This document shows positions 27,041-36,892 of a DNA stretch of 39,046 nucleotides, piece by piece. Below the pieces are notes generated by a model, which ran no database searches, had not been told where the DNA came from, and worked only from the letters and a program-made list of their open reading frames with translations. The DNA is taken from IMG/VR virus record IMGVR_UViG_2579778894_000027; one strand, written 5' to 3'. This stretch comes from a virus (lineage: Duplodnaviria > Heunggongvirae > Uroviricota > Caudoviricetes). Within the stretch, counting starts at the first letter, position 1. The number at the start of each line of letters is the position of its first letter. A program made the position numbers and the translations under genes.

Positions 27041-27613
27041 CTATTTATACAATACAACACCGCTCTTTTTAGTTATATATGTGCAGTTCGATGGTATATC
27101 TTTATTTATAAAAGACATTGCACCTATTTTTACATTATCCCCAATTTTACGTGATAATCCAATGATGCAACAATTAGCTCCGATATCAACGTTACTACCA
27201 ATTTTTACTCTTGAACCAGGCATGTCACCATCTATCTGTCCAATGGTAGTATTCTGTCGTAACACCAGATTTTCACCAGCATCAACAGCAAAATGAACAA
27301 CAATTCCAGCATGATGGGGAATTGTTAACCCTTTTCCAATATTTGCGCCCAATCCAATTTCACAACCAAATTTGTTAATTATTTTACTGTTTAACTTTTT
27401 GGCTGCTTTCTTATGTAATTTATTACCATTAATATACATTTCGTTAGCCAACCGCCACCAGAAAAGGAAATTCCGGTTACGCTGTTTTTTCTCTCTTAAA
27501 AGCCTCCAGATATCCATACGTTTCCGCCGAATTACTTCATATTTCCAGAAGTTTTTTAAATTAGTAGAGTTCCCAAATAAAACAAAGTGAATTGCCATTA
27601 AGTAAGACAGCAC
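27041..27613 (-). CDS. Hexapeptide-repeat (left-handed beta-helix) O-acetyltransferase, CysE/WcaB-like; accessory
   Basis: GANIGKGLTIPHHAGIVVHFAVDAGENLVL...RVKIGSNVDIGANCCIIG...IGDNVKIGAMSFI hexapeptide repeats; AT-rich; GTG start at 27613 preceded by AAGGAG (an upstream in-frame GTG/ATG to 27646 is possible). Confidence 0.75.
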   Translation of the reverse strand: MLSYLMAIHFVLFGNSTNLKNFWKYEVIRRKRMDIWRLLREKKQRNRNFLFWWRLANEMYINGNKLHKKAAKKLNSKIINKFGCEIGLGANIGKGLTIPHHAGIVVHFAVDAGENLVLRQNTTIGQIDGDMPGSRVKIGSNVDIGANCCIIGLSRKIGDNVKIGAMSFINKDIPSNCTYITKKSGVVLYK

Positions 27614-27769
27614 GATAATCTCCTTAATTATTATTTCAGACCACACATGTTATAAGGTTAAGAGATTATAAAATCCTGTTGTTTGTTATTCAAAAACAAT
27701 TTTCTGAGAAGGACATACAACAGCAAGTCGCCAGTCACCTTCATCAGGAAATTGGCGACATACGTTAAA

Positions 27770-28264
27770 TCAGAGCAGCCCCTTAACTGAGCTGGTCGCG
27801 CTATTAAGGGATGATGTCACCTTATCTTTGAAGCCGGACAACATATCGCTGAACGATGAGGATTGCAGGCGCTCCCGCAAATCCTCATCACAGCGTTCAA
27901 GGTTCAGTGAAAATTCTATCTTTTTCGCCTTACCGTAGCGATCAAACTCGGAGCGGGTCGTATTCGTTCCGGTCAGGACATACATGCCGTAAATCTGCCC
28001 GACGCCATCAATCAGAGGCCAGGGGCGTCCTGTATACGCCTGCGTGGTCAGCAGCGACAGCGACACTTCGCCACCTGTAATTTCAGGATAAAGCACACCA
28101 GAAAGAACGATGCGATCATCACCTGCACCGATATACTGCCAGCTTGCTGAACGGTTAACGCGTTCATTTTTCACATGCCGCCAGCTTTTGTTTTGCTGTA
28201 ACTGCTGATGCGGCAGCGTGCGCAGCTCAAAAACAAACATGCCATAGATCATCATCATGGCCAT
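27770..28264 (-). CDS. Tail protein U
   Basis: 164 aa; MAMMMIYGMFVFELRTLPHQQ...VLYPEITGG...WPLIDG pattern of P2 gpU family. Confidence 0.75.
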   Translation of the reverse strand: MAMMMIYGMFVFELRTLPHQQLQQNKSWRHVKNERVNRSASWQYIGAGDDRIVLSGVLYPEITGGEVSLSLLTTQAYTGRPWPLIDGVGQIYGMYVLTGTNTTRSEFDRYGKAKKIEFSLNLERCDEDLRERLQSSSFSDMLSGFKDKVTSSLNSATSSVKGLL

Positions 28265-28270
28265 GACTCC

Positions 28271-31114
28271 TCAATCTTTATCGTAAAAACTGCCACGCCC
28301 GGCACGGGCGCGCCGTTCCATTTCTGCCCTGACCATTTCACCGACCAGTTTCGCCAGTTCGCGGGGATTCTGTGTAACAACGTTATGCAGATGAACATGA
28401 ATTTCACCACCAAATCCGGAGGCAACAGGCTCCCGGTTACGGGAAGTTACAGGAACTGATGCCACTGGAGATCGTATGGCCTCCGCCACCGGGCGGGAGC
28501 TGGCCGCAACAACAGGGACCAGCGCCGGAGGCAGCGGAGCCGGGACCACGGGTGTGATATTAATTGCGGGGGCAGGCTTACTGACCTGCGCAATCTTCCG
28601 CTCCTGCCACTCCCCACGAACAGCAAGTGCGCGGGGCAGGTTCTTAAAGACAATATCGCCGGGGCCAATGCGTTTTTTCGTCTCCTCAACCAGCTTACCT
28701 GTGTTATCAGCAATTTTGCTGAGTCTGCGCAGCGTACCGGTATTGCTGTCTGTGAGCGGTTTATTGTCTTTGGGGTTATCACCTCCGGTGCCATTGCCAT
28801 TTTCCACAGGCTTCGGCGGATTGATTTTCGCCAGGTCCCCCTGAAGCAAGGCAACCTTGTCCTGAAGAATGGCCGCACGCTGTGCGTCTTCGATTTTCTT
28901 TCTCGCCCTTTCCGCTTCATCCGGAAGAACACCGAGTTTTTCAAGTATCCACGCCAGCGTATCCAGCAACATTTTTGCAGGCGTCAGAACAAGCTGTAAC
29001 GCGCCACCAAGAACGTTACCGAATATCTCGCCAGCACTGGTACATTTATCCAGCGTTTCCTTGCTGGACTCCATCGGTGACAGCAGCGATTTAAACCAGT
29101 TAAACACCTGGCTGATCCCGCTTCCGATTGCGTCAAAAACAGGGCCAAACCGTTCAAAGGTTTCGCGCAACGGGGCCAGTCGCTCCATAATCCCACTGAA
29201 CACCCCGGCATAAAACGCCTTGATGGGTTCCCAGTATTTCCAGATGAGAACCGCCGCAGCGACAAACGCTGCAGCAATCAACCCGACCGGACTGAACAGC
29301 GCCCCGATAGCGCCTCCCAGTAACGAAACGGAACCCATCACCATTCCCCATAGTGCTGGCAGGACCCTGACAGCATTCATTGATCCGGTCAGGAGAGAAA
29401 AACCAAGACGCAGTTTTGCCAGCGGGCCAGCAAGCACACCAATAGCCAGCGACAACGAGCCAACCGTTGCAGTCATTGCCAGCAACGCACCGCCTGCTAT
29501 CAGTAGCTGGCGCGTCAGTGCCGGATGGGCCTGCGCCAGCGCCGTCACCCTTGATACCACCCGCGTGAGCCACTGCGTGACAGAACGCAGCGGACCGTCA
29601 ATCAGATCTGCAATGCGGATGCGCAACCCTTCCCATGCACTGCCGAGTGATTTCAGATCGCCGTCAAGGTTGTTGGCCATAACCTTTGCTGTGCGTTCAG
29701 CCTCACCGCGCGCGCCTTCAAGTTCTTTTCTCAGTTTGGGTAAGGAACCATCACCCGCTGCATCAACGAGCGCCATAAACGATGTGAAAGCCTCTTCTCC
29801 GGCAATGTCCTTAAAGAACGATACCCGGTCAACTTCCCCGTATTTGCGGGTGGCTTTATAAAGGTCAGCCAGCACATCCTCCATCGGGCGCATTTTGCCG
29901 TTCGCGTCGGAGACTGCCACACCAAGCTCTTTCAGCGCCTCTGCTGCTGCCTTTGGCGGTGATGCCAGACGAGCCAGGCTGGCACGCATTGCCGTCCCGG
30001 CATCACTCCCTCTGATACCCATATTCGCCAGCACGCCCGCCATCGCTGCGGCCTGCTCCAGCGATATTCCCAGCTTACCCGCCACTGGACCTGCATATTT
30101 CATGGTTTCGCCCAGTGCGCGAAGGTCAGTGTTGGTACGGGTAAATGCTGCGGTGAGCGTGTCGCCAACCCGGTCCATCTGGTCAGCAGAAAGGTCGAAC
30201 TGCGTCAGGATATTTGAGCCAATATCCGCCGTCTCGCCGAGATCCATGCCGCCAGCCGTTGCCATGCTCAGCACGCCCGGAAGCGCAGCCTGAATGGCCT
30301 GCGGAGTGAAGCCAGCCATTGCAAGAAATGCCTGCCCACTGGCGGCATCGCCTGCGGTGAACTGCGTTTCAGAGCCAAGTTTTAACGCCTGCTCACGCAG
30401 CGCCTTAAACTGCGGGCTGTTTTTGTCGATTCGCGTCAGTGCCTGAACGCGGGACATCTCTTTGCCGAACCCGATCGCAGGCTGCAAAAAACGCCCGGCA
30501 GCATAGCCGCCCGCCGCTGCCGCACCAATTGCCAGCGCACCACCTGTTTTCAGTTTTCCCGCGGTTTCCTGCACGCGCGAATACCGCTCACGCGCCCGCG
30601 TTACACGCGCAAGCGCCTGCCGTTCGCGTTCAAGCTGGTTGTTGTACTGTTCGGTGCGTCTGATGGCCTGCTGGATGGTGTTATCGCTGCCTGTCAGGGA
30701 AATGCCGTGGCGTTTCAGCTCTCCGCCAAGCTCCCGCATTTTCTGAATTTCCCGTGTGCGCGATTCATTCAGGCGTTCAAGCCGGGTGCTTAACTGCTGC
30801 ATCAGCTTTTGTTGTTTTTCGCTGAGCACTGTACCCGTGCGTTGTAACTGATTAAGGGCGTTAAGCTGGCGTCGTGCTTTCACGATACCCGCATCCGCTT
30901 TACTGACAGCGTCGCGGGCGCGCTCAAATGAACGCGCCTGACGCTCGAGATTTTTGATCGCCCCCTGCGTTCGCTGGATGGAGTCACCAAACTGCCCCAT
31001 CAGGCGGCGGGCGTTTTCGGCAGGCCGGGTCAGCCTGTCAACGGCGCTGAAAGCGACCCGGATATCAAGAGTCTTCATTGTCTGCATTCCCGCTGCGAAG
31101 TGCCGCCCGCTCAC
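28271..31114 (-). CDS. Tail tape measure protein T
   Basis: 947 aa, coiled-coil N-terminal part, Gly/Ala-rich hydrophobic middle, downstream of E/E'. Confidence 0.85.
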   Translation of the reverse strand: MSGRHFAAGMQTMKTLDIRVAFSAVDRLTRPAENARRLMGQFGDSIQRTQGAIKNLERQARSFERARDAVSKADAGIVKARRQLNALNQLQRTGTVLSEKQQKLMQQLSTRLERLNESRTREIQKMRELGGELKRHGISLTGSDNTIQQAIRRTEQYNNQLERERQALARVTRARERYSRVQETAGKLKTGGALAIGAAAAGGYAAGRFLQPAIGFGKEMSRVQALTRIDKNSPQFKALREQALKLGSETQFTAGDAASGQAFLAMAGFTPQAIQAALPGVLSMATAGGMDLGETADIGSNILTQFDLSADQMDRVGDTLTAAFTRTNTDLRALGETMKYAGPVAGKLGISLEQAAAMAGVLANMGIRGSDAGTAMRASLARLASPPKAAAEALKELGVAVSDANGKMRPMEDVLADLYKATRKYGEVDRVSFFKDIAGEEAFTSFMALVDAAGDGSLPKLRKELEGARGEAERTAKVMANNLDGDLKSLGSAWEGLRIRIADLIDGPLRSVTQWLTRVVSRVTALAQAHPALTRQLLIAGGALLAMTATVGSLSLAIGVLAGPLAKLRLGFSLLTGSMNAVRVLPALWGMVMGSVSLLGGAIGALFSPVGLIAAAFVAAAVLIWKYWEPIKAFYAGVFSGIMERLAPLRETFERFGPVFDAIGSGISQVFNWFKSLLSPMESSKETLDKCTSAGEIFGNVLGGALQLVLTPAKMLLDTLAWILEKLGVLPDEAERARKKIEDAQRAAILQDKVALLQGDLAKINPPKPVENGNGTGGDNPKDNKPLTDSNTGTLRRLSKIADNTGKLVEETKKRIGPGDIVFKNLPRALAVRGEWQERKIAQVSKPAPAINITPVVPAPLPPALVPVVAASSRPVAEAIRSPVASVPVTSRNREPVASGFGGEIHVHLHNVVTQNPRELAKLVGEMVRAEMERRARAGRGSFYDKD

Positions 31115-31301
31115 GCCAGCTAACCACTTCGCCGGGCGTCATCATGAAGATTTCGGCGGGCGACCAGTTAAAAATGGCGGCAATATCCGCCACAAAGTCT
31201 TCTATGTGCTCAAAGCACACAACCGTGATCAGGCTTCCGTCGCCTGTTCGTTCTTCCCGCCAGAGTCCGCACCGCTCAAAAAATTTACGGCAACCACACA
31301 T
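31065..31301 (-). CDS. E' -1 frame extension (tail assembly chaperone frameshift product E+E')
   Basis: ORF in -1 frame overlapping 3' end of E; slippery heptamer TTTTTTG at 31277-31283 (minus strand). Confidence 0.55.
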   Translation of the reverse strand: MCGCRKFFERCGLWREERTGDGSLITVVCFEHIEDFVADIAAIFNWSPAEIFMMTPGEVVSWRERAALRSGNADNEDS

Positions 31302-31594
31302 AACTGAATAAAGTCACGGGATGCCATTTTTTTGATCGTCACTTCATCCAGTCGCGGTGATGTCACGCGTGACAGCAGCGTAAACATGGATTCCGCTTTC
31401 AGATTCAGCACATCAGACAGCGACAAATCTCGCAGAGATCCAGCCTGCTCAATAGCCCCGGTGATCTCCACATACGTGATTTTTTCGCCGCCTCGCTCAA
31501 TGGGTTGGGTAAGTTTTACGCCACGCTCACTGGTTTCTTTCACAGTGTCAGTAACTACCGTGTTTTCGGTATCGATGTTTTTCGTCTCTTTCAT
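31229..31594 (-). CDS. Tail assembly chaperone E
   Basis: 121 aa, between tube gene and tape measure. Confidence 0.7.
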   Translation of the reverse strand: MKETKNIDTENTVVTDTVKETSERGVKLTQPIERGGEKITYVEITGAIEQAGSLRDLSLSDVLNLKAESMFTLLSRVTSPRLDEVTIKKMASRDFIQLCVVAVNFLSGADSGGKNEQATEA

Positions 31595-31648
31595 CAGGAA
31601 ACTCCTTTCAGTCAGAGGCGACGCACTGCGCCGCCTGCATATTACTTA

Positions 31649-32161
31649 TCAGCCAAGCCCGAGCGCGGAACGGATGCGATCGGGCACAATGTCCTTGCCG
31701 TCCTTCCGGTAAATGAAGTTCAGCAGGTCAATTTCCCACAACGGGCGATCGTTAACGCTCAGCTTGTAGTAGGTGTTTTTAATGGCGTAAGTGTGTGATG
31801 TGGCTTCGCCCTGTTTGGCTTCCCCCATATCAATTTCCGTCACACGTCCGCGCATTTCGACTTCATACAGGTCGCTTTCTGCATCGGTGTAGTATTCACC
31901 CGCAAAACGCAGCAGCGTGCCGTCAATCGTGCCGCCATACTTAAGGAACAGCTCACGAACTGCGCCCCCCATGACAAAGTTCGCATCAAGGGCGGAGTCG
32001 TCCAGACCGAGATCAATACTTACCGCACCCATCATGCCACCACCCCGGTAGCTGTCGGTTTTGCGCGTCAGTTTGGGCAGAGTGACGGACGTCACCTTAC
32101 CCACTTCGTTTTCACCATCCACAAACAGCGTAAAAAAGCGAAGATGTTTTGGCACAGCCAT
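31649..32161 (-). CDS. Tail tube protein FII
   Basis: 170 aa, position and size. Confidence 0.8.
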   Translation of the reverse strand: MAVPKHLRFFTLFVDGENEVGKVTSVTLPKLTRKTDSYRGGGMMGAVSIDLGLDDSALDANFVMGGAVRELFLKYGGTIDGTLLRFAGEYYTDAESDLYEVEMRGRVTEIDMGEAKQGEATSHTYAIKNTYYKLSVNDRPLWEIDLLNFIYRKDGKDIVPDRIRSALGLG

Positions 32162-33345
32162 CAGGCACCTCCCAGCACCGCAAATGCGGGACCAAAGAAT
32201 TCATCAGTAAACGTCTGGTAAAGCTCCATGTCTTCCAGCGGGGGAACAGGCGTATATTTGTAGCGAATACGCACGCGCCCCTGACGTAAATACGTGGTGC
32301 TGTTATCCACCACGTCATACCAGCACTCCGCGCCAATCAGTTTCCCGGCAGTAACCAGTGAATCCAGTTTTGCCCTGATGGCACTGATAACATCCTTCAC
32401 GTTCGCAGGCGTCAGTGGACTGTCGATGGTTTCAAACTGCGCTTCCGCAATTGAATCAGCCAGCACCTGTGCGGTTCGGGTATACACCTCAAAGATGTAG
32501 GCGTTCGTTTCCGGTGTGCGGTTGCCCCAGAAGCGGAACCCGTTGCGACGAATAATGGTCGTGATTTCTTTGTTGTTGAGGCTGTTGGCATCGCTGTCTT
32601 CGGCCTGCAACGACCAGAACACATGCCTCGACATCCCCAGCACATTTTTAACCGGAACGTTGGACAGTGATTTGTGCCATCCCTGCTCATGGTCGATGTA
32701 CGCACGAAGGCCGCACGCATAGGCAGGCGCGGGGAACGTTTCGTTTTTGCCACTTTTCGGGTTGTAGGCGATGAAGTCTGGCCATAAGAGCATCACCTCA
32801 CGTTCGTTGAATTTCTGGCGGTAGGTAATCGCCTCAGCCATCGTGTTACAGCCGTGACATGAGGCATACACAAACGCGCGCAGTTTACCTGCAATCACGC
32901 ACAGGGATTTCGTTACCGCCTCCGTGTCCAGCTCCGGCGCGGCCAGAATACGCGGACGGTATCCAATGCTTTCATCCTGCTCTGCAACAAGCAGCGCATA
33001 CATCCCCGTATAGCTGCCGTCATCCTCAGAACCACCGATAACCAGTTGATCCTGCGTCTTTCCGTCTTCTTCTTTGTGTTCAGCCACGCGAACGACGATC
33101 ACCTTTGTGCTCACCTGGTCTGCGATGGCCTTAAGCGCACGATAAAGCGTCCCCGTTGTTCCGCATTTTCCCAGCACGTCATTGACGCGGGTCAGCAGTG
33201 TGGGCTTGTTCAGCGGGAACAGCTTCGCGTCCGCATCATCCGCCGTTGCCACGATACCGATAACGCTGGAATCAACATCGTTAATCGCTGTTACCAGGTC
33301 GGTATTTTCCGTAACACGGGCACCATGAAAACGAGTTTCACTCAT
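32161..33345 (-). CDS. Contractile tail sheath protein FI
   Basis: 394 aa, position and size; ATGA-coupled to FII. Confidence 0.85.
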   Translation of the reverse strand: MSETRFHGARVTENTDLVTAINDVDSSVIGIVATADDADAKLFPLNKPTLLTRVNDVLGKCGTTGTLYRALKAIADQVSTKVIVVRVAEHKEEDGKTQDQLVIGGSEDDGSYTGMYALLVAEQDESIGYRPRILAAPELDTEAVTKSLCVIAGKLRAFVYASCHGCNTMAEAITYRQKFNEREVMLLWPDFIAYNPKSGKNETFPAPAYACGLRAYIDHEQGWHKSLSNVPVKNVLGMSRHVFWSLQAEDSDANSLNNKEITTIIRRNGFRFWGNRTPETNAYIFEVYTRTAQVLADSIAEAQFETIDSPLTPANVKDVISAIRAKLDSLVTAGKLIGAECWYDVVDNSTTYLRQGRVRIRYKYTPVPPLEDMELYQTFTDEFFGPAFAVLGGA

Positions 33346-33502
33346 AGCTTCAGCCCCTTGTATCCGTTAAATGATTCGGCAACAATCATCACCCACCACG
33401 CGCGTAATCTCACCCCTGCGCCGTTCTCCCGATTCGGCGACAACAAAAAGCAGTAACCCCTTCCGCACGCACATGCGACCATGCCGCACAGGGAGGGAAC
33501 AG

Positions 33503-34612
33503 ATGACCGATACCACCATGCAATTGCTCAGTCAGGGCACAGACCCCGTGAAAATGCCGGATTTGGATATTCTCGCGGAGGGTAAAACGCTGTCCGGCGT
33601 GGCAGAGCGCCTGATGAACCTGTCACTGACCGACAACCGGGGATTTGAAGCGGACCAGCTCACCATCACGCTGGATGATGCGGATGGTCAGTTGCAGCTA
33701 CCGCCACGGGGCGCGCGCCTGACGGTTCTCATTGGCTGGAAAGGAGAACCGCTGACAGAAAAAGGCACTTACATTGTTGATGAAATCGCTCACGAAGGAC
33801 CGCCGGACAGGCTGACTGTTTCAGCCAGAAGCGCAGATTTTCGGGATGAATTTAACGTTAAACGTGAAGTATCCTGGCATGATGTGACCGTTGAGCGCGT
33901 GGTATCCGCCATCGCTCATCGGTACGGCCTGAAACCGCAAATCAGCGAAATGCTGATGGATATCGAAATCGACCACGCCGACCAGACCGAAGAAAGCGAC
34001 ATGTCCTTCCTTACGCGCATGGCGGAAATGCTGGGCGCAATCACTACGGTAAAAAGCGGTAATCTGTTATTCATCATGCCAGGCGGTGGCGTGAACGCAC
34101 AGGGCCAGCCGTTGCCCTCGTTCGCCATCACGCGCAGCAGTGGCGATCGCCATCAGTTCCGCATTGCTGACCGCGAAGCGTATACGGGGGTACGCGCTTA
34201 CTGGCTTGATCTTAATTACGGGAAAAAGAAAAAAGTCAGCGTGAAACGCCGCAAACCGCCAAAACCCAAAAAGGAGAAAAGCAGCAGCCGTGAAGGTGAT
34301 TATATGGAAGGCGCAGAAGGCAATGTGTTTGTGTTACGCAAGACTTATCAGAACGAGCAGGCAGCAAGACGCGCAGCGGCGGCAAAGTGGCAGCAGCTAC
34401 AACGCGGAGCCGCATCATTTTCCATCACGCTGGCGCGTGGACGTGCAGAACTCTACCCCGAAATGCATGGCACGGTAACAGGATTTAAAAGCGAGATTGA
34501 TAATCAGGACTGGATTATTGCAAAAGCCGAGCACACTATTGATGACAGTGGCTTTACCACACAGCTTGAGCTTGAAGCAAAAATCCCGGAATGGATAGCG
34601 GAAACAGAATGA
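33503..34612 (+). CDS. Late control gene D protein (tail/baseplate hub, GPD family)
   Basis: Start at ATG 33503 with SD gggaggg; 369 aa. Confidence 0.75.
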   Translation: MTDTTMQLLSQGTDPVKMPDLDILAEGKTLSGVAERLMNLSLTDNRGFEADQLTITLDDADGQLQLPPRGARLTVLIGWKGEPLTEKGTYIVDEIAHEGPPDRLTVSARSADFRDEFNVKREVSWHDVTVERVVSAIAHRYGLKPQISEMLMDIEIDHADQTEESDMSFLTRMAEMLGAITTVKSGNLLFIMPGGGVNAQGQPLPSFAITRSSGDRHQFRIADREAYTGVRAYWLDLNYGKKKKVSVKRRKPPKPKKEKSSSREGDYMEGAEGNVFVLRKTYQNEQAARRAAAAKWQQLQRGAASFSITLARGRAELYPEMHGTVTGFKSEIDNQDWIIAKAEHTIDDSGFTTQLELEAKIPEWIAETE

Positions 34613-35026
34613 GCAAATTAGATGTATTGACTCAAACCAGAACTGACACACTCACAGCACAGTGCCAGACCCAATCTGGCAGCCCGCTTTGTGCCTAGAG
34701 CAGGTGTTGCTTATGTAACAGTTAATCCACGGATAGTGGTCATGAATGCTGGTTGAAGTTGTATTGCCATGAATGGTCAATTAGGGACTCACTTATTATC
34801 GCGTGCTCACCATTGATGGGTAAGATCATGCATTTCGGCTACTGTACTTCGCGAATCCTCCACACACAGGCAACACCTGATTTAAGAACAGAGGGAGATG
34901 ATGACGCAAGGAAGATTTATTATCGTGCATGTGGCAGATGATCTTTTAGCTGCCGGAGTGATAAATTACACCTATTTTCGATAAGTGTTTTTGTTATAGA
35001 ACATTAATTTCGTGGGAAACAATAAA

Positions 35027-36151
35027 GTGAAATTAGGAAGAAATGATAAGTGCTGGTGTAATTCAGGACTTAAGTATAAAAAGTGCCATCTTGGTCGAGA
35101 CCGTGAAACTCCGGTATCCAAAGCCGAGGCACTGAAATTTTCAAAGTCTCTCTCGCAGAGAAAGGCATGTTATGCGCCAGCATCCATGCACGAAGATTGT
35201 GATAAACGCATCGTTCAGGCGCATACGATATCTAAGAGCAGTAGCCTTAAGGCGATCGCCGACTCCAGCAATCACGTCATGGGGGTGATAATGAACTTAG
35301 CAAGCCTGATGAGAAACAACGGAAAATGGCTTCCCGAGAAGATCGGTATCAATCAGGCATCCACTTTTACAGGATTTTGTGCAGTTCATGACAGAATCTT
35401 GTTTTCATGCCTAGAGAACGAAAAATTTACAGGCACGGACGAGCAGTGCTTTGCCTTAATGTTTCGTTCATTGTCTAAAGAAATTTACGCCAAAGAAGGG
35501 GGAGTGCTATCTTCCGATTTTGCTAAAAATGCCGATAAAGGAAAGCTACAAGTTGAACAGTATTATATTCAGAAATTAATCGACCAGCACCAAAGTGGCT
35601 TAAATGCAGCAATAATTGAATTAAATCATCTTAAAACTAGCCTCGACCGCATCCTACTTAGCAGGCAATTTTCAGAAATTGAAAGTGTTATCTTCACTTT
35701 TGCAGAGCCTTTACCAATTGTAGTTTCGTCAATTCTTTCACCGGAGAGGGATTTCGATGGGACCAAAATTCAGGATTTGAGCGATCTTACAGTGTCGGCG
35801 GAACAAGTATGTTTCAATGCTTTTTCCTGCGGAGGTAAGGGATATGTAGTGTTCAGTTGGCTGAGAACTTCAACAATTATCAGACGTTTTATACGGACAC
35901 TAATTAAGATCCCGGCTAACAGGATGTTCAATACCCTTCTGTATTTTTTCTTCACAAAGGCCGAAAATACATATTCATCCCCTGAGTGGTGGGACAGGCT
36001 CAGTGATAAACAGCGAGAGAATATCGGCAACATGATTATGTCAGGGGTTGAATTTTTTGGCAGACCTACATCACAGGTTGATCATTCCGTTGATTATAAC
36101 GCCGCTGCACTTGAAGAGATAACATGCAGCAACAACGAAATTTGCAGCTGA
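35027..36151 (+). CDS. SEC-C-motif (zinc-binding) protein of unknown function; AT-rich accessory gene
   Basis: N-terminal GRNDKCWCNSGLKYKKCH matches SEC-C metal-binding motif (C-x-C-x8-C-H); remainder unrecognised; strongly AT-rich; start could be GTG 35012 or 35027. Confidence 0.6.
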   Translation: MKLGRNDKCWCNSGLKYKKCHLGRDRETPVSKAEALKFSKSLSQRKACYAPASMHEDCDKRIVQAHTISKSSSLKAIADSSNHVMGVIMNLASLMRNNGKWLPEKIGINQASTFTGFCAVHDRILFSCLENEKFTGTDEQCFALMFRSLSKEIYAKEGGVLSSDFAKNADKGKLQVEQYYIQKLIDQHQSGLNAAIIELNHLKTSLDRILLSRQFSEIESVIFTFAEPLPIVVSSILSPERDFDGTKIQDLSDLTVSAEQVCFNAFSCGGKGYVVFSWLRTSTIIRRFIRTLIKIPANRMFNTLLYFFFTKAENTYSSPEWWDRLSDKQRENIGNMIMSGVEFFGRPTSQVDHSVDYNAAALEEITCSNNEICS

Positions 36152-36440
36152 ATGTTTACATGCTGTTAGAAAAAGCGGGCTGAACAATCATTTCGGGATT
36201 GTAACAGATAAGATGGCACTGCCCGCTTGCTTCCCGATATGTACCTCAGCCAATAAACTTATGTAAGCAACCGATTTCCATTTATGCGGAGGTTATCAAA
36301 GTTGTTGGAGTTGCGAACTTCCGCTCTTCGCACAAAGCGTACCGCTAGGTTTGATTGTATTCTGGCTGCGCAAACTGTCAGTTGGAGTCTGAGCTATTAC
36401 AACTTAGAATAGCGGCAGCACCACGTTAAGGGAGGTCGCT

Positions 36441-36701
36441 ATGTTCCGTTGTCCGCTTTGTGGCGCATCTGCCCGAATCCGCACCAGTCGTCCGGAAAAC
36501 GATTCAAACACTGTGCGGCAAAAGTATTACCAGTGTAACAACCTGGAATGCGGCGTATGCTTCTCAACACTGGAAGCTTTCCATAAATTCACATCAAAAC
36601 ACGCCTCCGGCGTTCACTCTTCGGAAGGTATCCCGTGGCATGAGCTACCAGCTTCACACAGGGGAAACAATCAGATGAGTTTGCCTTTACCTCAGAATTA
36701 A
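36441..36701 (+). CDS. ogr: Ogr/Delta-family zinc-finger late-gene transcriptional activator
   Basis: MFRCPLCGASARIRTSR...YYQCNNLECGVCFSTLEAF parallels P2 Ogr (MFHCPLCQHAAHARTSR...YHQCQNVNCSATF). Confidence 0.9.
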   Translation: MFRCPLCGASARIRTSRPENDSNTVRQKYYQCNNLECGVCFSTLEAFHKFTSKHASGVHSSEGIPWHELPASHRGNNQMSLPLPQN

Positions 36702-36892
36702 CAGGCAGAATTGCCGGAGTAACAAAAAAACGATAGATTACCCGCGGGTGCCTTTCGGCTGATGGTCGGAGGGAATACCCGAAGGCCGGATGTGGAAAGG
36801 CCCCGGAAAACATTTCTGTTTAACCGAGGCCCTAACATATCTACCTTAAGCAAGTGATAGGTTAGCGCCTCTCCAACAAAGGAGCAAGCGCT

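Noticed and set aside
28447-30663. Several ORFs overlapping the tape measure gene (e.g. 29220-29861 plus strand)
   Set aside because: Nested in or antisense to the 947-aa tape measure ORF; Ala/Ser/Pro-rich artefacts.
34753-34941. 62-aa ORF between D and the SEC-C gene
   Set aside because: No SD, odd composition, lies in likely noncoding leader.
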